From Oligoflexales bacterium (GTDB taxonomy: Bacteria > Bdellovibrionota_B > Oligoflexia > Oligoflexales > Bog-1112), in assembly GCA_045106415.1 (NCBI GenBank), contig JBGCEP010000055.1, positions 1 to 17,688 of the forward strand: a stretch of 17,688 bases of DNA, given 5' to 3'. Position numbers and translations under genes: made by a program. The notes below the pieces were generated by a model that saw nothing but the letters and a program-made list of their open reading frames with translations, searched no databases and was not told the DNA's origin. Shown here in pieces: positions 8,760 to 16,181 of this stretch. Each line of letters starts with the position of its first letter. Position 1 is the first letter of the stretch.

Positions 8760-10103
8760 ATGAAGGTTGGCAGCATGAATACGAATAGACCGTTAAGGCG
8801 ATTTTTAAGGGCAAGTTACGGTGTTGCTGAAGTTGGTATTATTGGCGTTGAAGTTTTATTAAGAGTTAGTTTACTTATATTTTATACTGATGTGGTTGGA
8901 TTAAGATCTGATTTAGCTGGATATGCTATTGCTTTGGCAACCTTGTGGGATGCCGTGACAGACCCTTTTATGGGGCGTTTAAGCGATCAGAAATCGATAT
9001 TCAATCAAAGAAGACGTCCTTATATGATGTTTGGGTCTTTCTTATTAAGTTTCTCTGTTGTTTTCCTTTTTTTCCCACCTCATATGGATTCTCAATTGAG
9101 TAAATGTTGTTATTTACTGTTTTCATATGTCTTAGTGAATACAGCAATGACTATTGCATCTGTTCCATATGCTGCATTTGCAGGTGATTTGACTCAAGAA
9201 GAACATATAAGAACAGAGCTCTTTGGTTGGAGGATTGTCTTTGGTAACCTTGGGTTTGTTGCTGGAACAATCCTGCCTGCAGTTGTTGGTTTTATGTTAC
9301 GTGAATCAGAAGGTCAGAATCATGGAACTATGGATGCCTATGCAAGTGTAGGCTTAGGATTTTTAGTGCTTTTTACCATGGGGTGGACTTTATGGATGAC
9401 TTCAGGTCTTGATGTTTCCAGTGCAGGTGAGAAGAAATTTGATTTCTCTCTTAAAAGTCATTGGAAAGATTTAACACATGTTTTAGAAGTTCGTGATTTT
9501 CGTTGGATTTTAGGTACTTATTTTGTTGCAACAATCGGTTTAACGTTAAATTCAAGTCTTGCCCTTTATTATTATAGATATCGCCTTTTACTAGAAGAAG
9601 TGAACATTCGTATTATATTGACTGTTTTTATGTTTGTATTTTCTGCTTCTATCCCATTCTGGGTTTTTGTTTCAAAAAAAATAGATAAATATAAACTTAT
9701 TGCAGTGAGTATTTTTTTATTAGGCATTATGACTTGCCTTGCTTACCCTTGGTTTCCTATTGGTGATGCCACTATGCCTCTTGTAAGTTCATTTATCGGT
9801 GGGGTTCTGGTTGGAGCTATAGTGCTTTTGGATGTTGCGGTTGCAGATATAGCGGATCAAGATCGTCAAGGAGAATCTAGTTTAGGGTTGTACTTTGGTT
9901 TTTGGAAATTTATAGGAAAGATAAGTCGTGCTTTTGCCCTCATGGCAACAGGGCATGTATTGTATTGGGTTGGATTTACTCCAAATAAAGTTCAACCTGT
10001 TGATGTATCATGGAGCCTTGCGATAGCATTTGGACCTGGTGTTGGAGTGTTTCTTCTCTTGTCTTCTTTTCTTGCTTATTATGCGTTTTGTTATAAGAAG
10101 TAA
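8760..10103 (+). CDS. MFS transporter, GPH/MelB (glycoside-pentoside-hexuronide:cation symporter) family
   Basis: FYTDVVGL, LWDAVTDPFMGRLSD, RRRPY, VPYAAFAGDLT..RT and ADIAD motifs, with about 12 hydrophobic segments. Alternative start 8775. Confidence 0.9.
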   Translation: MKVGSMNTNRPLRRFLRASYGVAEVGIIGVEVLLRVSLLIFYTDVVGLRSDLAGYAIALATLWDAVTDPFMGRLSDQKSIFNQRRRPYMMFGSFLLSFSVVFLFFPPHMDSQLSKCCYLLFSYVLVNTAMTIASVPYAAFAGDLTQEEHIRTELFGWRIVFGNLGFVAGTILPAVVGFMLRESEGQNHGTMDAYASVGLGFLVLFTMGWTLWMTSGLDVSSAGEKKFDFSLKSHWKDLTHVLEVRDFRWILGTYFVATIGLTLNSSLALYYYRYRLLLEEVNIRIILTVFMFVFSASIPFWVFVSKKIDKYKLIAVSIFLLGIMTCLAYPWFPIGDATMPLVSSFIGGVLVGAIVLLDVAVADIADQDRQGESSLGLYFGFWKFIGKISRAFALMATGHVLYWVGFTPNKVQPVDVSWSLAIAFGPGVGVFLLLSSFLAYYAFCYKK

Positions 10104-10196
10104 TTATATTACCCTGAATTATTTTGGTGTTATTTTTTATAGGGTAATCACATCTTTACAAGTTTATCTTTTGATTAACATGAGAAATTATTCTTA

Positions 10197-10243
10197 TTCA
10201 TTGCTTTTCAGTTGGCATATGAAATATACAAAAAAGCAATGAA
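10197..10243. terminator. Inverted repeat between convergent genes (putative bidirectional terminator/stabilising stem)
   Basis: TTCATTGCTTTT (10197-10208) and AAAAGCAATGAA (10232-10243) form a perfect 12-bp IR with a 23-nt spacer, between the MFS stop and the stop at 10252. Confidence 0.5.
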
Positions 10244-10251
10244 GAGAATGT

Positions 10252-11361
10252 TCAAATGCGATTAGGATAATCGTTGAGAAGTTCTTGAGCTTCTTCTGTG
10301 GAGAGATTTTTTAATAGAAGTTCATGAACCTTTTTGTATGAAGATGCATGCTCCCTAGTTGTTAGGTATAATTGATAGTTTATTTTTATAACTGCCTGCA
10401 AATATTTTTGTGCAAGTCTGTAGCTTTGGTCTAAAAGATCCAATTTTTGTGCGGTAGAGAAATTGAAGAGTAATAAATTTTTTTGAATAATTGTTTCGAT
10501 GTTTTTAAACATATTGTCATGAGAGTTTATTCTATGTCCAATTGTTAAGAAATTATTTTTGTATGTTAAGTAACAAGAAGGACTTAATTGATATTCATCA
10601 AAATTCTCTTGGGCTATGAGAGTAGGTATTTTTATATTTACTAGACTTTGTAACCAAATAGATTTCTCAAACCCATCTGTTCTAAGTGAATAATGCCATT
10701 GAGATGTCGTATGATTTTGTAAGATTTTTCCATAGATTGGCTTTTTGTCGATGAGCCAAGACGGCCCACTGTAATATATTTCACTTAAATAAGGACAAAA
10801 TATGCCTTGTTTTTTCATTTGCTTCCTGGCACGAAAAAGTTGAACCGTAGTGAATCCTTCTATAATGTTGCGTTCATGAGTTTTAAAAAAAAGGTCAGTA
10901 AGTTTTTCATGTTCAGTGTTTTTTGGACTTTCTTGAATTCCAAAGTCATCAGGGAAATTTTGAAGATCTTGAATATGCCTTTCTATTTTTTCTAATTTTT
11001 TTATATAGGCTGCTTTAGGAGAGTATAAGTTTTCAAAATACTGAATCATTGAATAATGTGAAGGTAAGGGAAATTTTTTGGTTAAATTTTGAAAAATATG
11101 AACAGGATACAGTGGGAGGTAACCACTTGCTTCATCATGTTTTTTCCAATAGGCATGTTGTATTGATTGCTGATAATGCTTACTGTTGAAAACAGACTGT
11201 ACTGTTGTTTTGCTCTCAGAATTTAAGGAGCGTATAAGGAGAAGGTTTTGATGTTCAAGTTTTTCTAGGATTTCATTGGGTAAACTAGAAAAAGAAGTTG
11301 TATGTCCAGAGGCTGAAGCTAAAAAAATGATGAAGAAAAATGAGCGTGTAATTTGATTCAT
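10252..11361 (-). CDS. Exported hypothetical protein with N-terminal F-box-like motif
   Basis: Long ORF. Probable start is ATG 11361 (CAGGA upstream), giving signal peptide MNQITRSFFFIIFLASASG, then FSSLPNEILEKL..NLLLIRSLN. The ORF-track start at 11424 is an alternative. Confidence 0.65.
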   Translation of the reverse strand: MNQITRSFFFIIFLASASGHTTSFSSLPNEILEKLEHQNLLLIRSLNSESKTTVQSVFNSKHYQQSIQHAYWKKHDEASGYLPLYPVHIFQNLTKKFPLPSHYSMIQYFENLYSPKAAYIKKLEKIERHIQDLQNFPDDFGIQESPKNTEHEKLTDLFFKTHERNIIEGFTTVQLFRARKQMKKQGIFCPYLSEIYYSGPSWLIDKKPIYGKILQNHTTSQWHYSLRTDGFEKSIWLQSLVNIKIPTLIAQENFDEYQLSPSCYLTYKNNFLTIGHRINSHDNMFKNIETIIQKNLLLFNFSTAQKLDLLDQSYRLAQKYLQAVIKINYQLYLTTREHASSYKKVHELLLKNLSTEEAQELLNDYPNRI

Positions 11362-11491
11362 TGTCGGTCCTGAATTTTTAAAACTGTAGCGGAAGATATT
11401 AAAAACTGAGGATAAATTCATCATTTATTTTTATAAAAGATTATTTGTTTGAATTTTTCTTTTAACTATCTAATATTAGAAGTGTCTGTAA

Positions 11492-11528
11492 TCCAACCTC
11501 ATGTTGAAAAAACTCTTTTGAGGTCGGA
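11492..11528 (-). terminator. Stem-loop downstream of the Prx-Grx gene
   Basis: Minus strand TCCGACCTCA / TGAGGTTGGA gives a 10-bp stem with one G-U pair and a 17-nt loop, ~48 nt after the stop. No strong U tail. Confidence 0.35.
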
Positions 11529-11576
11529 AAGGCAGGCCATGTCATTTTCTCTTGATAATTTTTGAGTAACGCCGTC

Positions 11577-12302
11577 TTATTTCGACAAGTGTTTTTTTAG
11601 GCCGTCTAGGCCGTTTATGTGTTCTCCATTAATGAAAATTTGTGGAGCAGTGTCTTTGTGTGTGAGGTTGCGTAGAGATTTGTAAGAGATTCCTGAACCC
11701 ATAAGAATTTCTTCATAATTAAAACCTTTGTTTGTGAGAATATTTTTTGCTTCAATACAAAATTGACATCCTGGCTTAGAAATAATTGTCACTTCGGCCG
11801 GAAGTTTTGCTTTTGGATTGATATGATTGAGCATGGTGTCAGCGTCAGACACTTCAAAAGGGTCCCCTGGTTTATCAGGTTCAATAAATGCTTTTGTTAT
11901 TTTTTTATTTTCAACAAGCATGGAATAGCGCCATGAGCGTTTTCCAAAACCTAGGTCACTTTTATCGACAAGCATGCCTAAACCATCACTAAACTCTCCA
12001 TTGCCATCTGGAATTAAAGTGATTTGATTAATTTTTTGATTTTCTCCCCATGCTTCCATCACAAATCCATCATTTACAGATATGCAGATAACATCATCAA
12101 CACCTTCTTTTTTAAAGGTTCTATAGCACTCCTCATACCTTGGGAGGTGTGTTGATGAGCATGTTGGAGTAAAAGCTCCAGGTAGAGAAAATACAATGAT
12201 TTTCTTATCCTTAAAAAGATCATCTGTTGTCATGTTCTTCCAGTCCCCATCTTTTCGTGTGCGAAAAGTGACATTGGGGACAGTTTTTCCATCAAGAGTC
12301 AT
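11577..12302 (-). CDS. pgdx: Hybrid peroxiredoxin (Prx5-type)-glutaredoxin, glutathione-dependent peroxidase
   Basis: FSLPGAFTPTCSSTHLP, SVNDGFVM..W, DLGFGKRSWRYSMLV and DPFEVSDADTML, then a Grx domain KPGCQFC...TAPQIFINGEHI. ATG 12302 has GGAG 6 nt upstream (alternative start 12314). Confidence 0.93.
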   Translation of the reverse strand: MTLDGKTVPNVTFRTRKDGDWKNMTTDDLFKDKKIIVFSLPGAFTPTCSSTHLPRYEECYRTFKKEGVDDVICISVNDGFVMEAWGENQKINQITLIPDGNGEFSDGLGMLVDKSDLGFGKRSWRYSMLVENKKITKAFIEPDKPGDPFEVSDADTMLNHINPKAKLPAEVTIISKPGCQFCIEAKNILTNKGFNYEEILMGSGISYKSLRNLTHKDTAPQIFINGEHINGLDGLKKHLSK

Positions 12303-12325
12303 ATTTTTCTCCATATCTCAGTAAT

Positions 12326-12340
12326 TTTAAATGATTATAT
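12326..12340 (-). promoter_or_regulatory. TATAAT -10 element embedded in a PerR/Fur-like box upstream of the Prx-Grx gene
   Basis: Minus strand ATATAATCATTTAAA matches 11 of 14 defined positions of TTATAATnATTATAA and contains TATAAT (12334-12339). The AT-rich background lowers significance. Confidence 0.35.
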
Positions 12341-12560
12341 CTTATATGTGAAGGAGGCGACAGTTGAGCTGAATAAATTTTTTGGAATAATAGATGTTAA
12401 ATTTCAATGAAAATTGATGGGTTTTAGAATTCAAAAGAAAGCGGTTTGAAGTGTGAACACATGTTAATTAATAATTAATATTGCGCTGCAGAGAGTGCTG
12501 ATTTATAGTGTTTAATATTAATTAATATTTGTGTAAAGCTGTCTTTTTTCTATAACTTGA

Positions 12561-12951
12561 TGAGTTAAAGGATTTTTATATTTATGAATAAGTCGATTTA
12601 CATCGTTGATGATGAAGTTGGTATTTTAGAAGCTTTATCTGATTGTTTATCATTAAATGATGATTTTCATATTACAACATATTCAAGTGTAGATGCTGCT
12701 ATTCGAGATTTAAAAAATGTTTCTAATGGTGTTCTCATTACTGATATGAAAATGCCAGGAAAAGATGGCCTTCATTTATTAAAATGGATTCAAGATCATG
12801 ATATTAATTTGGAAGCTAAAATTTGCATCACAGGGTATACCGAGTATGAAGAGAGTTATTTGAGAAGTTTTGGTATGACAAAAATGTTTCAGAAGCCATT
12901 ATGCTTCGATGATTTATTGGATTATATTGAAAGTCTTCATTGAGTTAAAGG
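12561..12951 (+). repeat. 11-bp direct repeat TGAGTTAAAGG flanking the receiver gene
   Basis: Identical copies at 12561-12571 and 12941-12951, each followed by a T-rich spacer and ATGAA. Confidence 0.8.
12584..12943 (+). CDS. Single-domain response regulator (receiver only, CheY-like fold)
   Basis: IYIVDDE, LITDMKMPGKDG (phospho-acceptor Asp), ITG and QKP. No output domain. Confidence 0.92.
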   Translation: MNKSIYIVDDEVGILEALSDCLSLNDDFHITTYSSVDAAIRDLKNVSNGVLITDMKMPGKDGLHLLKWIQDHDINLEAKICITGYTEYEESYLRSFGMTKMFQKPLCFDDLLDYIESLH

Positions 12952-12960
12952 TGTCTTTAT

Positions 12961-13722
12961 ATGAACTCTTCTGGCAGTGTTGCTATATTATTAGGGAGCG
13001 CGGGAGGACTAGGGCAAGCTTTATACCCTTATTTGAAAAAAAAATATTCATGTGTTGTTACTATTGACTGCGTAGAAGATAAACAATCAGATCATCATAT
13101 TGTTGCTGATATAAGAGAAAAAGAAAGTTTACAGAAAATATTATGTTTTGTAGAAGAAAAAGGTCAATTAGATGCTCTTATTTTTGCTACAGGTTTAGGC
13201 TCATCAGAAATATTTTGGGAACAAGAGCCATCTGTTTTTCAAAAAATTATTGATATAAATTTTGTGAAACCTGTTGAGATTATACACGGAGTTTCCTCTT
13301 TTTTAATAAAGTCACAAGGTCATGTGGTTTTTATTGGATCGACATCAGCATTTCTTCCAAGTCAAAAATGGTTAGCGTATTCAATATCTAAGTCATCTTT
13401 AGATCATTTTTGTAGAAGTTTACAAAGGGAGTGGAAGAAAAAAGTGACTGTTTCTATGTTTCATCCTGGCCCTATGAAAACAAATATGCATAAAAATTTA
13501 GGGATGGATCTAAAAAAAATACGGTGGAAGACTTTTAGAGACCCAGATTGGATGGCTCAAAAGATTATGAAATGCTTTGAGAAACCATCGAAATACAGAA
13601 TTGTTCCAGAATGGAAGCAAAATGTTTTGATTACATGTGTACCTTTTTTTAAATTTCTATGGGCACCGATACTTAGGAGATATTATGAGAAAAAAGAGAT
13701 GTCTCATCACAGGAAGCTCTAA
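12961..13722 (+). CDS. Short-chain dehydrogenase/reductase (SDR)
   Basis: GSAGGLG Rossmann motif, IGS, catalytic YSISK and HPGPMKT. Confidence 0.9.
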   Translation: MNSSGSVAILLGSAGGLGQALYPYLKKKYSCVVTIDCVEDKQSDHHIVADIREKESLQKILCFVEEKGQLDALIFATGLGSSEIFWEQEPSVFQKIIDINFVKPVEIIHGVSSFLIKSQGHVVFIGSTSAFLPSQKWLAYSISKSSLDHFCRSLQREWKKKVTVSMFHPGPMKTNMHKNLGMDLKKIRWKTFRDPDWMAQKIMKCFEKPSKYRIVPEWKQNVLITCVPFFKFLWAPILRRYYEKKEMSHHRKL

Positions 13723-14443
13723 AGGTCTCGGGAAAGCTCTTGTTCAAAAATTTAAATCAGAAGGCTATGAAACGATTGGGGTGAGTCGTTCTTATGATGA
13801 ATGTGTGGATATCTGCATTTCTACAGATTTATCTGAGTATAAGAGTGTAGATGTGATTTTACAAAATCTCCAGGGCCACATTGATGTTTTTGTTTGTAAT
13901 GCGGGTATCAACATGAGTGGGGCATTTGATTCAAGTCCTTTTGAAAATATAGCCAAAACAATGCAAACAAATTTAATTCTTCCAATGATGCTTATGCAGG
14001 CTTTTGTTCGGCATAAAATTTTTGAGAAAGAAGCTTCTTGTATTTGGATTTCTTCTTTGGCATCTAGCTTAAGCTATCCTGGATCTTCAGTGTATGGTGC
14101 ATCTAAAAAAGGCTTGTCAGATTTTGTTGAACAAATAGAAATGATAGTGAATTCTGATTTGCATCAGATGACAGTTTATCCTGGCCCCATGGATACTTTG
14201 CAGGCTCTTCAAAATACTCCTTCTGCTGGTCAAAAAAAATCATGGGCTAAGACGGATGTTGTGGCAGAGAAAATATTCCGTGGAATGCAAAGCCGTAATC
14301 GTTATCTTTATCCAGCGAGAGGCTTGTGGTTTTTAGCTAAAGTTGTTGGTGTCTACCCTTATTTAGGAGAAAAAATCATGGATAAAACAGTGTGGGAGCC
14401 AATGAAAAAGAAGGCAAGGGAACAAAAAACCCTTGCCTTGTAG
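13685..14443 (+). CDS. Short-chain dehydrogenase/reductase (SDR), second copy
   Basis: Start ATG 13685 (AGGAG at 13675-13679). TGSSKGLG, NAG, ISS, YGASK and YPGPMDT motifs. Overlaps the upstream SDR by 38 nt. Confidence 0.9.
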   Translation: MRKKRCLITGSSKGLGKALVQKFKSEGYETIGVSRSYDECVDICISTDLSEYKSVDVILQNLQGHIDVFVCNAGINMSGAFDSSPFENIAKTMQTNLILPMMLMQAFVRHKIFEKEASCIWISSLASSLSYPGSSVYGASKKGLSDFVEQIEMIVNSDLHQMTVYPGPMDTLQALQNTPSAGQKKSWAKTDVVAEKIFRGMQSRNRYLYPARGLWFLAKVVGVYPYLGEKIMDKTVWEPMKKKAREQKTLAL

Positions 14444-14466
14444 GTGTTGAAATTTTGAAATCTTCG

Positions 14467-15999
14467 TTATAAGGCTTCGACTTCACTTCCTTCATCACCA
14501 GTGGTTGTGATGTTACCAATGTCACTGGCGTCAAAAAAGCTCGTATAACTTTGCACGTCTGATGTTGATATACCTGCCTCTGGAGAGCCTGAGTTGTTGA
14601 TGATGTTGTTCTCGATAATTTGAATTTTTGAAGATGTCCCAAACCCCGATCGAGCAAGGCCATAAAGAACATTGTTTTCAATGTCATTTCTGAGAAGAGA
14701 AACATCACGATCACTATTTATGAGAATACCGTTTTCTTGATGCCCAGAAATGAGGTTGTTTGCGATAAGAACATTATCTGAATTAATAGGGTTTGAGACA
14801 ACAATTCCGCTACCGTTGTGGTCAGAAATCTCGTTGCCAAGAATCCAGATTTGACTTTCATCTGCATCGAGTAGAACGGCAGATCCACTGATGTCTCCTT
14901 GAGTCACGCGGTTGTTTACGAATAAGACGTCAGAAGTAATAAAGCTCATTGCGACAGTTGCTTGTCCATCATGAGTTCTATTTTCAAATGAGAAACCATC
15001 AATAACAAGGTCTTCAGTAACTATCATTGTGAGTGTATTAATTTCCGTATCACATTGGCTAATGAGGGTTAACGGCTGGCTTGTACTTACAGTAATATCT
15101 TCACGAGCGATGTTGTTACCAACTAATATGGTTGTTTCTGAGTTGACGGCATTAATAGCGTCACCTAGTGATGAGAAAACTTGATCTGCTCGTCCTTCAG
15201 CAATTGAAAGAACAGAATCATCACATGTAAAACCTTTTTCTTCGATGAGAGCACTCGCTGCGTCTGCACGGTCTTTTTTAGAAAAAATATCGTCGCGTTG
15301 GCTTTGAGTAATAAGGGAAAAAGAGAGTGCGTCATCAATATTGGCGTAATCAAATGTTTGATCTTCTTCTACTATAATATTTTTACCAAGTTGATCTTGG
15401 AAGTCATCAATCTTTGCAATAGCATATGGATTATATGTCTGTTCGATATAGGAAATTTTTCTATCGACGTAGCGGACATATCTTTTGTACCAAGAGATTT
15501 TATAATATCGATAGTATGAGTAGTATCGAGAATAGCGATAGTTTTGAAGGCGATCAATACGTTGTTGAATTTTTGCTTTTAATTCTTGGTAACGCAACAG
15601 AGCGCTTTCTCCAACGTAGAGCCTTTCAGCATATTTTTCCAAAGACATTTCAGCAAAAGCAGCATCATTCTCTGATAAATCATGGCGTCGTTCAAAAATA
15701 AGAAATGCATCAGATTGATCTCTGACCGCTTGTTGTAAGTCTCCGTTTGGGTCTATTTTTCTATTTTGTGAAGCTTCTTGCTCAGGGTTGAGAGCCATGC
15801 ACCGAGATTCGTTTCTGTACTTTCTTGTGGGGTAAACTTTTTTGTCATATGCAATACTCTTGCATTGCCCATCCACGAAATCAACTTTTCCGTAACGGTA
15901 GTAGTCATATGAATATCTGTGATATTTCCCCGCAGACGCAGCTGTGCTGATTAATAATGTAGAGGCTAAGACTAAAGAAGAAGAAACGATTTTTTTCAT
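14467..15999 (-). CDS. Secreted protein with Tyr/Arg-rich N-terminal segments and C-terminal right-handed parallel beta-helix
   Basis: Signal peptide MKKIVSSSLVLASTLLISTAASA. FSSLGDAINA..TILVG cap followed by IxxNxI / NxGxGI repeats (ILGNEISDHNGSGIVV, IANNLISGHQENGILI, LRNDIENNVLYGL, IENNIINNS). RBS AAGGAA. Confidence 0.8.
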   Translation of the reverse strand: MKKIVSSSLVLASTLLISTAASAGKYHRYSYDYYRYGKVDFVDGQCKSIAYDKKVYPTRKYRNESRCMALNPEQEASQNRKIDPNGDLQQAVRDQSDAFLIFERRHDLSENDAAFAEMSLEKYAERLYVGESALLRYQELKAKIQQRIDRLQNYRYSRYYSYYRYYKISWYKRYVRYVDRKISYIEQTYNPYAIAKIDDFQDQLGKNIIVEEDQTFDYANIDDALSFSLITQSQRDDIFSKKDRADAASALIEEKGFTCDDSVLSIAEGRADQVFSSLGDAINAVNSETTILVGNNIAREDITVSTSQPLTLISQCDTEINTLTMIVTEDLVIDGFSFENRTHDGQATVAMSFITSDVLFVNNRVTQGDISGSAVLLDADESQIWILGNEISDHNGSGIVVSNPINSDNVLIANNLISGHQENGILINSDRDVSLLRNDIENNVLYGLARSGFGTSSKIQIIENNIINNSGSPEAGISTSDVQSYTSFFDASDIGNITTTGDEGSEVEAL

Positions 16000-16016
16000 G
16001 TGGCTTCCTTTTTGTG

Positions 16017-16034
16017 CAACTCCTTTCGGAGTTG
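16017..16034 (-). promoter_or_regulatory. GNRA-capped hairpin in the 5' leader of the beta-helix gene
   Basis: Minus strand CAACTCC-GAAA-GGAGTTG is a perfect 7-bp stem with a GAAA tetraloop, 6 nt upstream of the AAGGAA RBS. Confidence 0.6.
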
Positions 16035-16181
16035 AGTGATAAGGTCTGAGTCAACCAGATGAAACACTTTTCGGGTACAAGGCCTTCAGTCTTGAGAGTC
16101 TTCTTTAACTATTCGATAATATAATGATATCTGTTATTTTTCATGTTTTTTAAAGAATTTGAGCGACGCAATGATTCTGGC

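Noticed and set aside
10197..10243. MITE/REP element
   Set aside because: Single copy in the window with no target duplication. Its position between convergent genes is better explained as a terminator-like stem.
12464..12478. CtrA box TTAA-N7-TTAA
   Set aside because: It is a formal match, but lies in an AT-only tract, and nothing here indicates an alphaproteobacterial cell-cycle context.
16000..16110. Known riboswitch (c-di-GMP-I/II, ydaO, TPP)
   Set aside because: Only isolated words such as CTGAA, CCCGAA and the GAAA loop match; the conserved cores are absent.
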